From: Tubulanus polymorphus
Taxonomy: Eukaryota > Animalia > Nemertea
Direction of reading: 5' to 3'
Length of the DNA: 64,000 nt
Assembly: GCF_964204645.1 (NCBI RefSeq)
Contig: NC_134031.1
Coordinates: forward strand, 7,626,001 to 7,690,000
Shown here: piece by piece, positions 36,901 through 48,161 of the stretch
Layout: every line of letters begins with the position of its first letter
Numbering within the stretch: position 1 is the stretch's first letter
Notes under the pieces: model-generated
The model's database searches: none
What the model was told of the DNA's origin: nothing
The model's input: only the letters and a program-made list of their open reading frames with translations
Made by a program: the position numbers and the translations under genes

Positions 36901-39246
36901 GTTTGAAGTTCGATGATTTGATGAAGTTCAAGATTTGGTCGATGAATAGTTTAACAATATATCGTGTTGATCGAACGAGTTGCAAATAGCTGAAATTCCC
37001 TTAGGAACGGGGGTGAATTCATAATAACGAACGTGCCCAGCCTGGCCGGTTCAGCATTGCGCAGGTTCAAATCCCGGAGAATTTCGCCCTCGTGCGCGCA
37101 CAGTCAATCCCAGCCGCAGCACTGAAATACGTTTATTTCATAATATTTAATGAAACTGCGGTGAGACGCGTTAGAGTCGTTGGATTTGCTTAAAATTTCA
37201 CGGCAACGTGGCGGATCGGCACGATCACTAAGTAAGCAGCAACATCGTGGTTGGCAAAACATTCCGCCCCTTCTTTTGCCGAACAAGGAATTCGGTACCG
37301 CTGGCCACGTGCACTGCTTATTTTGAACCGTAGATTCCCGGTACTCGATATTCCGGAAGATAAAAAACAAATGAATATTTATCGCAAGAGAAATCAATTT
37401 TTGTACAGACATTTGTATTTCATTTTTTTCTGGCAGAAAATAATTTTCCGATTGATATGCTTTAATGTGTATTCCATTTTTTTTCTTAGTGAAGGTATAA
37501 TTAAGAAATGCGTTGTATTTTTTTCGTCTTCCTTTTATTTTCACATGGAGCTATTACATTCTGAATTAACCACCAGGTCAAAATTCTTCTAGGCCTATCT
37601 TGCAAAAACCCTCTCAGTTTCACCATAGAAATGTCATTGGTTACATTATGGTTTCTTGATCGCTTCCTCTAAAAATAGTATTCTTTTTAGCAGACAGTGG
37701 TCATTAAGAGACTTTTTTTTCAATTAAGAAATTTTTCAAGGTTTTTTTTTCGCAGAAAATTAAATTTCATTTGATCTGTTTCCTCATAATTTTCTCATTC
37801 TATAAGCCCAAATTTTCAGAAATGAACCAAACCTTAGAGTAACAGTTTCATCTTCTTTCCACCCATCCCTTAACCCTGGCATTAGTTTTCAATTTTCCAA
37901 GTTTTAACTTAAAAATGATTTAATTTCTTCAATGCTTTTGGCCCTCTACAATACAATTGCAATATTGGAGTTGATTTTCTTTCCAGTTTCATTGATAACA
38001 TTTAATGTGTTCGTTTCTAAGTTACTGGCAACATTTTGAGTGGTTTCGTTACTTCACTCCGTATGTGAATGAAATGAGGTTGTTTTTGAATCGCTAGCCT
38101 ATATGATTTATTCTTACTATAAAAAATTCAATCAAGGAGTGACCTAGTCAGTAACCTGTCTGTGGTTTAGTTTCACGATCGGATATTTTCACAAACCACA
38201 GTCAGGAATGGGAAGGTCATTTTTGTATGAAATCTTCGTCAGCCAATTTGACTGACGAGTAATTTGCCTGGCATTTCATTGTCTCTTAAGATATCCGTCA
38301 AATTTTTGTTGTAATCGACACACAACAGATTCGTAGTTTGTCTGATACCTATAACACCTCACCTGACGATCTTAATCCATGTGCAAATCGGCCGTAAAGT
38401 GAGAGTAAATTTCCGTAGAGTCAACAGCTGCCATTTTGAAAATTACTGGAGGTGCTGGCACCTGTGGACTGAGGCCAGAACAACAGCACAAACTAACGAA
38501 GCGAAATGACGAAATTGAAAATTATTAAGAAATCAACACTTATTCACATTTTTCTTTTACCAGAATTTATTATTTCATTATTTATAATGGAAAACACGAA
38601 GATTTGAAATATAGGTTGGAAAACCATCAAAAATAAAAATTATCGTTTCGTCTTGAAAGTTTTATCTAAATCCTTGTAGGTCCCCTTGTCTTATCATGCC
38701 ACATGTGCAATACAGAGAAATGGCGGCCAATGACGAAATTTGTAAGGAAATTAATTAATTTCTCAAAATAATGTTGATTAATCACTCGAAACATACATAG
38801 AATTGGATTATTTCGAAAGGTACCTGTGTTAGTTTGTGAATTAAGCCATTAATTGTGGACTGAAGTGGATAGAAAGTATATTTTTGAAGTGTTACTTTTT
38901 TCAACCGTGTTTTGGTCCTTGTCATCCCTAACGTTGGTATAAGCCCATCCGATTATAAAAAGCTTACCACCAACGATTAGGTAACTAACTAGGAGTGACC
39001 GTGGCGTCCGTCACTTAGATTTCATCCATTACATATTACACTTCGATGTTTAACGCCATCCAAACGTAAACCCAAATTTCATAAAACTAAACAAACTAGG
39101 CACAGACTATAATTCGTCCCACGAACGTATCAGTGATCACCAATTCGGCAATCAACGTCAGTAAGCTTACCAAGGCATTTCTCACATCTCATACTTACAA
39201 ATATCATATGGTGAGGTTCTGCAGTTGCAGTCATGTTGATGGGCAT
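12840..39246 (-). CDS. XAB2: Pre-mRNA splicing factor SYF1/XAB2 (HAT/TPR-repeat protein), full gene span, 20 coding exons, 853 aa
   Basis: Exons splice in frame through GT-AG sites (sum 2562 nt) and are colinear with human XAB2 motifs as recalled (MPRIWLDYCQF, LLRQNPHNVHEWHKRV, HGNEDTLREMLRIKRSVQA). Confidence 0.97.
13166..14053 (+). mobile_element. Helentron/HINE-like element, family B (last intron of XAB2)
   Basis: AACAAGAG start with short hairpin and subterminal GGCCAGCC; terminal stem-loop AGGCTCAGCCTACGGCTGGCCT followed by an A-run; inverted copy at 61757-62614. Confidence 0.75.
15041..16300 (+). mobile_element. HINE-like family A with four ~152-bp internal tandem repeats
   Basis: ACTAGGGGTCCAGGGACACCATGCCCACT start, (GGAC)n microsatellite, terminal TAGCCC...GGGCTA hairpin followed by an A-run. 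Confidence 0.8.
16381..16487 (-). CDS. XAB2: XAB2 exon 19 (SKTTDEELG...NPEEIDLDDD...KVE)
   Basis: gtag/gtgagt, 107 nt; NPEEI motif. Confidence 0.9.
16576..16705 (-). CDS. XAB2: XAB2 exon 18 (...NEMQKLEERARQLA...GILFV)
   Basis: ctag/gtaatt, 130 nt; corresponds to human DDMKLLEQRA...KILFVR. Confidence 0.9.
17810..17981 (-). CDS. XAB2: XAB2 exon 17 (TTADFWQTW...NKKAA)
   Basis: tcag/gtgaga, 172 nt. Confidence 0.93.
18417..18516 (-). CDS. XAB2: XAB2 exon 16 (QMCLRFAD...QICDPR)
   Basis: tcag/gtatgc, 100 nt. Confidence 0.95.
19116..19219 (-). CDS. XAB2: XAB2 exon 15 (MFNIYIKRAAEIYG...DNES)
   Basis: acag/gtatgt, 104 nt. Confidence 0.95.
20047..20156 (-). CDS. XAB2: XAB2 exon 14 (LYLLYAKLEEEHGLARHAM...EQHE)
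   Basis: tcag/gtgaat, 110 nt. Confidence 0.95.
20420..21660 (+). mobile_element. HINE-like family A, second full copy (154-bp units)
   Basis: Colinear with 15041-16300. Partial copies at ~16982, ~24809, ~32672, 33800-34755 and 36200-36740. Confidence 0.85.
21930..22528. mobile_element. CAG-terminated (hAT-like) MITE, 5-bp TSD AAGGA
   Basis: 15-bp perfect TIR CAGTGTTTTCATTAA. Confidence 0.85.
22673..23024. mobile_element. CAG-terminated (hAT-like) MITE, 6-bp TSD ATCAAG
   Basis: 12-bp TIR CAGGGATGAAAA / TTTTCATCCCTG. Confidence 0.85.
23415..23490 (-). CDS. XAB2: XAB2 exon 13 (GGKKLERARDLFEQCLDGCPPKFTK)
   Basis: tcag/gtaatt, 76 nt, after an 81-nt intron. Confidence 0.95.
23572..23658 (-). 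CDS. XAB2: XAB2 exon 12 (AYEKGIALFKWPNV...IERY)
   Basis: acag/gtaagt, 87 nt. Confidence 0.95.
24211..24324 (-). CDS. XAB2: XAB2 exon 11 (TCKAVYD...EEAFK)
   Basis: gcag/gtaggt, 114 nt. Confidence 0.95.
25838..26431 (+). mobile_element. HINE-like family D with TGACCTTGACCTTTGACC repeats
   Basis: ACTAGA start, three internal units, (GACG/GACA)n, terminal hairpin TATGCCCCC...GGGGGCATA followed by an A-run. Confidence 0.75.
26525..26687 (-). CDS. XAB2: XAB2 exon 10 (NYEECLK...ESFGTFK)
   Basis: gtag/gtgaat, 163 nt. Confidence 0.95.
27962..28062 (-). CDS. XAB2: XAB2 exon 9 (ARIIFDKG...EMEIRH)
   Basis: tcag/gtgagt, 101 nt. Confidence 0.95.
28452..28983. mobile_element. Degenerate hAT-like MITE
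   Basis: CAGGGTTTC / GAAGCCCTG ends; imperfect 6-bp TSD TGTTTC/TGTATC. Confidence 0.55.
29776..29974 (-). CDS. XAB2: XAB2 exon 8 (VLLRQNPH...SQIED)
   Basis: tcag/gtaagt, 199 nt. Confidence 0.95.
30374..30766. mobile_element. piggyBac-like MITE
   Basis: TTAA|CCTTTTCAGT...ACTGAAAGGG|TT; the right TTAA is mutated. Confidence 0.55.
30853..31070 (-). CDS. XAB2: XAB2 exon 7 (ARDIYEEG...RRPLLLN)
   Basis: gcag/gtttgt, 218 nt. Confidence 0.95.
32246..32410 (-). CDS. XAB2: XAB2 exon 6 (LWNELCE...SGHFEK)
   Basis: tcag/gtatgt, 165 nt. Confidence 0.95.
33230..33364 (-). CDS. XAB2: XAB2 exon 5 (LEKQNTEDYIKYL...GKSKHQ)
   Basis: ttag/gtaagc, 135 nt. Confidence 0.93.
33569..33766 (-). CDS. XAB2: XAB2 exon 4 (MPRIWLDY...YRRYLK)
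   Basis: Within ORF 33554..33766; ttag/gtgtgt, 198 nt. Confidence 0.95.
34101..34741. mobile_element. TIR MITE inserted into the terminal hairpin of a family A element
   Basis: 20-bp TIR AGGGCACATGCCCAATAAAT, TAA duplicated; Harbinger- or Kolobok-like. Confidence 0.85.
34971..35094 (-). CDS. XAB2: XAB2 exon 3 (YKLWYNYL...ERAFVFMHK)
   Basis: acag/gtcagt, 124 nt. Confidence 0.95.
36015..36163 (-). CDS. XAB2: XAB2 exon 2 (EEDDLPFEEEILRNPYTVKCWLRY...ELPG)
   Basis: ttag acceptor, gtaagt donor, 149 nt. Confidence 0.95.
36740..39038. mobile_element. 2.3-kb non-autonomous TIR element in XAB2 intron 1
   Basis: 39-bp TIR TAATATGTAAT(A/G)GATGAAATCTAAGTGACGGACGCCACG with 1 mismatch; no transposase recognised. 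Confidence 0.85.
39199..39246 (-). CDS. XAB2: XAB2 exon 1 (MPINMTATAEPHHMIF)
   Basis: accATG start, GTAAGT donor at 39198, phase 0, ending at the position equivalent to human ...DLVF|EEED. The N-terminus is poorly conserved. Confidence 0.8.
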
Positions 39247-39317
39247 GGTAAAAATAAAAATTCAGCCTAGAACCTTATGATTTTTCGAACTTTTATCGTA
39301 ATTTTACGATGAAATCT

Positions 39318-39342
39318 TTAGATCATGGGCGCAGCCATCTTG
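39318..39342 (-). promoter_or_regulatory. YY1-like motif (CAAGATGGCTGC) overlapping a 6-codon uORF (MAAPMI*) upstream of XAB2
   Basis: About 90 nt upstream of the ATG; this motif is typical near the TSS of housekeeping genes. Confidence 0.55.
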
Positions 39343-39719
39343 GATTGCTTATTTAATGTAGAAAAATAGGGGTGATAGCATATCGTGGTTCCAAATTTCG
39401 GGTTAAATCTATGGTTGAATTCCACTCTCGAGTCATAAAACTGAAAATCAGCAAAATTTCAGGATATGCATTTATCAAATTTACGACTGTTGAATTAGAT
39501 TTCGGTTTACATGACTAGTCAGAATGATGAAATGAAAATAATTTCCCCTCCATAAAGTGTTGCCGTCCATTAGGCGAACAGCGCCAAATTATCCAAAGGC
39601 AGAATTTTTTTTACGGGAACACCGCTATTATTGCTCTTGTTTATTCTGGGACTCTAGGTAAGTAATAGTTGTTCCTTGAATATATGTACACTTTGTCTCC
39701 GTAGTAAATTAGAAACAAT

Positions 39720-41330
39720 GACGCAAGATGTACAGGGTAGAAATTAGAAGAACCTCACTCGCACTGTCTATCTGTATTTTCTGGCATTAGATATCAACGT
39801 TGGAGAGATGGTGAAAATATCTATTGAGTGGATGAGTTCACAGAACTCGGCCGCCAACCATTCTGTTTCCAGGTCATTCCACTGAACTCACGGTTCCGAC
39901 GCAAAAGAATGTTTGTTTCTGGCGTGGTCGTTGTTTGTGTGTGGGACAACGATTCCACGCATGTTACTTACATTGCATCTTTCCACCGGGTTTGAGCTTT
40001 CGTAATCAGCTCTTGTGATGATGAATTGTCCTTCTAGCAGGTGCGTTATGGAAGCAATTTTAGATCGCCTCGGCCAATTGCTGATTGACAGGTTTTAATT
40101 TAGCTGCAGCGAATTTGTTTCAATTTCGTCAAAAACATGGTATTCAAAGAAAAAAAAGTTATTTAGTTAATTATTGCCGCGGTTTTCACCACTGCAGTCG
40201 TTGCACTTCCAATGCCACTGTATAGAAATGTGTACCTATTGATTCGATTCGATGTTTATTCATCATTAAAATCTTACACGATTATGGATGATACAAATTT
40301 TTTAACTGTGGTCACTAGCTGTGTCTTACATGAGAATATTAAATTCATCAAAGCAGGTTCTGAGATGACGACATACAATGTGTTCTAATATCTTCTAATG
40401 CCTTTAGCCTAATGCAATGCTTGTGAGCTATATGGCGGCGAAGTTTTCCGCTAGGTGTTTATCACCTTTTTTGTGGACACATGTGATATTTGCCGTGAGC
40501 GCCTAGTTCCGTGGCAAGAGACCAGTATCCAGAGATCGTTTGAAGATTTTAGTGAATATCTGACTGATGGCTGGAGCACATCCTTTCAGGACGATATTTG
40601 GATTGCCATCTGGTCCAGGTGCTTGATGTCGCGCAGTAGTTTGAGGACGCCCCATGTCTGGATGTTTAGTTTAAGGTCTACTTATAAGCCTATCGGATGA
40701 ATTGGTTGCTAACTGGGCCAATCGTATAGTCTTTCAGAACAGACAAGAATGTGTAAATTCAGTCTTAATAGCCTCGGCCTAGTGATATAGCCTCGGCCTG
40801 AGGCTCTTGGCAGACATTTGGGCCAGCTGTGGCGTTCGATTATCATCCCATAAAAACTTGCTGAGATTTTTTAAAGGGCTCGGCTCAAGACTTAAGAGAA
40901 CCACCACCTGCTCAGAAAGGACATCCAATGTGGCAGCCTTGCAAGAGATTTTGTTAAGCGTTAAGCTGCCCGGACAGTCACAGGCATAGCCTATGTATAA
41001 ATCGTGAAGTCAGTTGTAAGCTACTGCCATATGATTTTCAAACACAGATGAATGCTAAAATCTGTTGAACACAGCTACATTTCAATTTTCTTGTTGTGTT
41101 CTACTGTTTTGCTTATTTACATATAATTCGATGAAATTCTGAGCTATAAAAACTAGAAATATTTAGGCCCCTTTCTATTTCAAATGATCATGGGTTCTCT
41201 TTAAATGCTTTGAGCCCTCTTATAAGTATTTGGTTGCAGCCCTCCTGCTGCATATCAAAAGGAATGTTTTCGAAACTTAGCTTTTCAGTTGGCCGAGTGG
41301 AGGTCCAACCTTGCATTGATTATTGTCCAA
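39720..41330 (-). mobile_element. Decayed CR1-clade LINE
   Basis: Minus translation APGPDGNPNIVLKGCAPAISQIFTKIFKRSLDTGLLP..ANITCVHKKGDKH (~40440-40625) matches the RT N-terminus; a WNDL-type C-terminal motif lies near 39880. The boundaries are approximate. Confidence 0.75.
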
Positions 41331-41809
41331 TACAGCAGCTTAAATTTCTTGTAAGCATGATTGTGCTAAATAAGATAGCGATTCTGCCTGCATACATGGC
41401 CTTTGCCACATTTCAGTTTAGAAGATGATTTACCCCATGTAGAAGCTAAAAGTTTGCTTTATTAGAAAAACCTATTTAATCATGCGTTCAATTATCTATT
41501 TAATTCTATTTATCATTTGCCGGTAGACAAAATATGAGCTGTTGTCATGGCACCGGCCATCCTTCCGTTGTATCTAGGATGTAACATCTGTTGTAATTTT
41601 CGCACGAAAAAACCTATACCATTGATTGTTGTAGAGAATGATGAAATTAATGATAATTGTGTATTGCACAGGATAGATAAGGCATCTACGTAGCTGTACT
41701 GATGGAGGCTGAAATCTCCAAAATGATACGTGGTTAAGAATGTGGGCTATTGTGTACACTTCATGTCTGCTGTCCATTCGTCCATCTATAGTATAGAATC
41801 TTAGAAGTT

Positions 41810-42964
41810 TTTTTTGACGCCTTATAAAACGTTACCATTATGAAACTTAACAATGCTAACCATTCAGCGTCATTTTACAAACGACAACCGTAAATCGATG
41901 TGCAAAACGTCACAGGTTTATGTGTACACATACAAGCGATTTGGCAAAATATTATTGATAAAGATGTAGAATGGCTCCCTGTGATTATATAATGACCTCT
42001 ATTTGAACGTCGGAATGTTATATTGCATTGAATATCATGAGAAGACGTATTGTAATAGTAAAGGATGTATGATTATATCAGGAGCGGCAGGCATAAATAG
42101 AAATGATAAGTAAATCGGATTATTCGGTTAAATGGCGGATGTATACACGATTTGGAAGTCTGATATAAAAGTCAGACCCTGTCATGGGGATGCTAGTGGA
42201 ATGACGAAGCTATCTACGATCTGAGTAGGGCCGGCGTGAATTTCATCGGCGGCTACAAGCGGTCTATATAAAAACGTGTAAACATATAATTTCAATATTC
42301 AAATGTTTTAGAAAATATGTTCGATATTAGGGGTATGCAGGTTTCATGAGATTAGCAATTTATAATGGCATAGCTGTCATATACGGCTCCGCGTCCACTG
42401 ATGGCATGTGTATAAGGTGACAATTCAATTCAATACTTTATTGATCCTTATTACATTGAAATTCCGGGATAAAATTCCCAAATTCAATAAAGTTACAAAT
42501 TTTAAACTAAGAAAATACAAAATACAAGACACACGGGTAATTCATACAGAATAACATGAATAAGTTATTTAAATGACAATGTCTACTTCAACCCAGACTC
42601 AAGTCTAGGATATCGAGTGACAGCCAAACCGGGTCCCGGGACCGGGCCGGCTGGCTATACGATATGCTCGAAGTCATGATGAAGCAGACATCAGAAGAGC
42701 TCTTTCTTCAACCATGGAGGCAATGAAGTTGCAGACCAGCTTAGAGGCAAAAGTGAATCGAAGTCGGTCACAAGTTGACATTTTTTTTTAAATTAGACCA
42801 GTCGAAGACTGTATCATCTACCCAATCGCCAAATCTCATAATTCCCCAAATTTCTTAAAACTTCGATTTCAAATTTCAAATTTGCAATTCCACATTAGCT
42901 TATCCCAGAAATTCTACATTTTTTCGCAGGCGTCAAATAATTTATTAAAGTTAATTTTCTTGTT
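41810..42964 (-). mobile_element. HINE-like family C, ~1.15 kb
   Basis: Inverted copy of 53808-54926; subterminal TTTGACGCCT/AGGCGTCAAA; related end fragments at ~5321 and ~45563. Confidence 0.75.
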
Positions 42965-43019
42965 ACTTATTTTTGAAGTTTTCAAGGGAAATTGTGAAGA
43001 GGCTTTAATCAATTATCTT

Positions 43020-43720
43020 GATCTTTCAATATTAATTATGGGTTGACCGGACGCAAGATGGCCATCCTGTGAGCTTTTTTATGCCGAGGAAGGTAATTTT
43101 TGGCCTGAATTCGGAGACCTGTAGCACCCTAAAGGTTTAGCATTCTTCAATGAAATTCATAATGGGTATATTTTGGGAAGGGCTTTTTCATTCATTCAAT
43201 TTTCATGCAATTGGCAGCCATTTTAGTGTCACCAGTCCTCATTCATATGGAAAAATGATTTTTGTGAAAATGTCAGCAGGTTTTAATCAACGGTCTTGAG
43301 ATTTAATAATCATTGCTATTGCCACTATTGATACTTCTTCTCACATGGAATGGGATAACCCACTTTTTGTTCTCATAACCAGGGAATTGAATTATATACA
43401 ATTTGTTTATCTATTGTGGTAGCTAGCCTATGCATATTTTGTAACCACTATCAATTGCAGTTGTAGTTCATGATGTGTACTATGAAATCAATGGCGATAT
43501 TTGGCCACCAGGGGGTGTTGAATAGTGGAATTATCACCCATGCATATTTTGTTACCACATGCCATTGCAAAGTTGTTGCGCATAAAATGTTCTATGATTG
43601 TGAAGAGTTAGGTCATTGGTTTCTGGATATTTACCTGGCGTATTGAATAGTGAAATTGTCAGATTAGTTGAGCATTTCAAACCATTACCCAAATGGGCAT
43701 GGTGTCCCTGGACCCCTAGT
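43020..43720 (-). mobile_element. HINE-like family A, degenerate inverted copy
   Basis: Ends GGCATGGTGTCCCTGGACCCCTAGT, the reverse complement of the family A start. Confidence 0.75.
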
Positions 43721-44194
43721 TTATGCTGCAGTTAAAAAGAAAATCCAACTTTGTCAGTCAGAGAAAATGTTGTTTCCCTTCCGAAACATTCAACTTGAAC
43801 ATGGTTAACTGAATTGATTTGTATGAGGTGAAAAAATGCTTTCTCAAATTCCCAATTACTCCAATTATTACGGATATGGTTTTCACAGCACTGTCATCCC
43901 TCTATTATGCATTAAAACTGCATATCAAAAACTGATTGAAAATCACCTAGTCATTTGGATGGTATACTTCTACCCAACCATATTTTGAGGGGGAAAAGAA
44001 TTCCATAAATTGGAAGTTGTAGTCGAGTGTAAGGTCTCAAGGTCGTGCTGGGCTTTCAATTTCAAGGTCAGTGCTAACTTGAGCCAGGGTTAGTCCAGGG
44101 AGGGGGATATACATTGATCACGGACTATCAAACTATTCTGGCTGTATGTGATGAGATTGATCCATTCATTAGATAGATATTTGGACAGCGAAAG

Positions 44195-44517
44195 TTATAA
44201 TAGTAACAGTTATTTAATTTCTATAGCACCCTTTTCACTGTGATACTTCAATGTTTAACAGGGCTTTCCATTAAATTGGTATCATTACCCCCAGTCTTTA
44301 ACTAACCATTTATCAGTCATCTCTCATATGTAACATCCGAGCAGCTGCTAGGTGCTTAGGAGTCATCAGGCTAGGTATCCATTTACTCCTGGGTGGAGAG
44401 AGGCAATTAGGATAAGCGTCTTGCCTAGACACCGCGTTACTTGGTAAAGTATGGGGTTCGAACCCATGACCTTGCGTCCCAGAGTCGAACGCTCGAACCA
44501 CTCGGCCACACCGCCCC
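44195..44517 (-). mobile_element. tRNA-derived SINE with CORE-like body
   Basis: A box TGGCCGAGTGG, B box GGTTCGAACCC, then GGCAAGACGCTT...CCTCTCTCCACCCAGGAGTAAATGG and an AT-rich tail. Confidence 0.8.
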
Positions 44518-47178
44518 TATACAGAAACTTAAGTAATCAGAGTCAATTGTCGCCTAAGAAACTTATCCGATATTTGAGAAATCCGTAATAAACATATTTC
44601 AAATTGATTTATTTAATGTATCCCGATTGGATCAAAATCTCGATTAAACTATGATCGGAATAAAGCCGGTTTGATCGTATATTAAATGTTTCTAGTTACT
44701 ATGGTTTCGTGCAGTTTATCGAGCTTAGCTCGTAGTCCCGAAATCGTAAAGAAACCCTATAAGACGTAATAATGTGATCGATTTGCATCCGCGTCGGGGC
44801 CGGAATTGATATTTATCGTTTGTTTCACGGATATGACGTCAATGCATCGGTTGTTATGACTAGACATCATCAATTGGTTTCACTATCGGTTTCTGTTCCC
44901 GTGGTATATATGTATATATATGTGTGTATACGGCCGTAAATTAGTAATAATAATCTTGTTGATTAATTCATCATGATTTATTCTTAGCGCTCTAAGGTTT
45001 ATCTATCATACGCATACATGTATGAAGTGAGATGGCTAGTACGAAGTAGAGGGAAAAACTGCCGATTCCTCGACTCTTTCACACGATAATAGCCTAACGT
45101 AAGTCGCGATCACACTAGCATTTTTGAGCTAGGCAAATCATTCGTAATGGCGCCGAATTTGAAGCGGGCTCGATTTGGCATCGGACCAGGTAAACGCTAG
45201 CTGATGCTGGAAGTGACTCACCTCGCAGACCACAGCATTGCTTAGATAGCATTTTAGAGTAATGAGTGATTAACATAGGCTACGTGAACACGCTCTCTTA
45301 TTAGGCGTGGGCCGAATATGTTTGGCCTGGTCCTGGCCAGTTTGACTCAAGCCGAATCATTTGCATGTGATCCTGATGGCTGTTCCTGTGGCAAGAGGGG
45401 ATTCATCCGTCCTCCACTGAATGCTTTTCAAATCTCATTTTCTATCAAATTTGGACTGGATATAGGGCTCCTGAATCTTGTGTTATCATGCTAGCCTGTT
45501 TACGATAGGCTCTCATAATTCTTAGATTTTAGTCAGGAATATCCCGAAATAAAGTGAATGAGAACAAGAAAACTAACTTGAAAGTTTATTGACGCCTTGA
45601 AAAATAACAAATAATGCTTAATATTATTAACAATGATAATGCAATGTAAATCATATGATGAATCAATTATGTATCAATAAGGTTGATTTGGATTTGAATA
45701 TTTTGATAACTGAATTGAATTGACTGGTAACCAGTCAAGCCCATATGTATTGATGACGTAGCCCTCCCCCCCCCACATTGTCTCAACCATAATTACTAAG
45801 ATTTATCGAAAATAAGATAAGAGTTTCGTAATATATTCAATTACGAAATAAATGCCAACATTTTTATTTTGAAACACCAATTGATGACATAGTGCACATC
45901 GATTCACACAGAACCCCTTAAGTAACACTAACCAGGTCGCAATGTATAAAAACGTAATTGTACAGGTTTTTATGGCATCAAAAAATGGTGGGGCCAACCA
46001 AATAAAGAATCATCTGTGGCGAACTCTTTCAGATCAGTGTGCAGATTGTACCGATAAGATTTAGTGATTTTTTCTCTCAGTGTTCTACAAGAGTTTTTCC
46101 TTCATCAAGATAAAATATTCTTAGAATTGTCTTCCCTCATGAAGTTTCTCTAATCAATGTATCAATGGTTGAGGAGGATGACTTGATACAGAATTTTTAT
46201 GTATTCATTTTGAACGCAAGTCACTCTGCGCCTTCGCATCGCTTGACAGCTAACACGCACGAATCTGCATTTTATTTTCAGTTTACGGTGTGAATGGTGG
46301 GGATAGATAATCAACGGTTTTTTATCCGCCTTCACTAAGTGGGAGTCGAAACCTAAAGTAAGATATCTGGTTAAGGGATTGGTTACGAACGTTGTATTAA
46401 AACTCAGAATTCATGTCACGTGAATTTGTTCTTGGACAGTAAGGCCGTTCTACTGCCTGACATAGATATTAACATTCAAAATAAGCTTCCATTCGATGAA
46501 ACTCATTTTATGACGCTTATGAAGTCACAATCACCCTCATTTGAGGTTGGATTTGCAAAGAATTTATTTTTGAAAATTCAGTCCCATGAAGCTGCACAAA
46601 TGAATTTCATCTAAAATCTAGCTCGCAGGAAAAAGGTTGATACAAGAAACAAAATTGCGTAATATGCGTTTCGATGTCAAGTTCTACGAATGCTAAACAA
46701 GAAACATACAAAACCAAACCCACAACGCAGCTAGTGGTGAAAAAATTGATAATTGTATCAAATTATCACATGTCGGGAACCTTCGTCAGTCATATGATCC
46801 ACTCATCACTTATTGGTTAGAGCATGGACTCTTAAGATAAAGAGTTTCGTTTTTCATGGTTAGAGTAACAATGTTAGTGTCTCGTTAGGAAGAATGCGAG
46901 TAGTGAGCAAACAAACCTAAAAACCTTATTGTTACTTTTTTCGTGTTTATTTCATGTTAACAATATAACTAACACGGACAGTATAATGGTTGGTCGAGGA
47001 TTTAATATCAGCTTCAAGACAACTATGTTATATATTCATTATTGAATGTTATTGAATTACTAGTCTCCAGTGAAGCGCGATATATTGTACATCACAGTAT
47101 TGCATCTTGTGAATAGATGTATTACATATATATTACAGGTATCTAGGAATTGATAATGCTACATTTATAGCTGGCAAC

Positions 47179-47641
47179 GCTTGCTGTTTTCAGTATTTTG
47201 TTTCTGTTTTTTTCCTGGGAGATACTGATTTTATTTTTGATGTCTCCTTCATATAAAAGATGTTACTGAGTGTCTTACCATTGATGACTGTACGGCTTGC
47301 TCGTTTTCAGTATTTTGTTTCTGTTTTTTTCCTGGGAGATACTGATTTTATTTTTGATGTCTCCTTCATATGAAAGATATTACTGAGTGTCTTACCATTG
47401 ATGACTGTACGGCTTGCTCGTTTTCAGTATTTTGTTTCTGTTTTTTTCCTGGGAGATACTGATTTTATTTTTGATGTCTCCTTCATATAAAAGATATTAC
47501 TGAGTGTCTTACCATTGATGACTGTACGGCTTGCTCGTTTTCAGTATTTTGTTTCTGTTTTTTTCCTGGGAGATACTGATTTTATTTTTGATGTCTCCTT
47601 CATATGAAAGATGTTACTGAGTGTCTTACCATTGATGACTG
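47179..47641 (+). repeat. Tandem array, 4 x 117 bp, near-identical units
   Basis: CAGTATTTTG recurs at 47191, 47308, 47425 and 47542. Confidence 0.95.
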
Positions 47642-48161
47642 ATCGATTTTCATATTTTTTTCCATATTTCGATGAAATGTTCTTGAAAAAATCATTTGTT
47701 ACTGATCACTTTTCAATGGCAGTCCTGTATATTATTTCAACAAAAATATTGTCTAAACTTTCCTACTGAAGGCATTATATGTGTAACATTTTCTATGGGT
47801 TTTTCTAGCAGATATACCTGGACTTCAAACCAAGTCTTTGGACTAATGACTTGGCCATTCTATGCTTATATTCTTCACATCCAGTCGATGGTTGATGGTT
47901 TAAAATCTGTTGCATCAAAAAAGTTCAAATGAAGACCAGCTTTGCCACTGGTGCCATCTAAAATCCAGTATTGATACACCAAGAGCAAATCTGGCAGATC
48001 CTCCCTTTTTTTGAGGTGTCAACTTTATTAGGTCTATTGTCGTTTCAAGGAATCGATTTTGTTTAACTTTACTTATAGTCCAACTTATCGGTCTCAAACT
48101 ATTTCACTTACGCCTATACCGGATGTGACTGCAATTGACTGATATCAATCTCAGTGTAGCG

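Noticed and set aside
37104-37592. Overlapping 146-aa and 113-aa ORFs as a transposase or gene
   Set aside because: No recognisable domain, low-complexity AT-rich codons, and located inside a non-autonomous element.
44440-44517. tRNA gene
   Set aside because: It has A and B boxes but no proper acceptor stem, and it continues into a SINE body and tail.
47179-47641. CRISPR-like array
   Set aside because: Whole units repeat with no unique spacers, and the context is eukaryotic.
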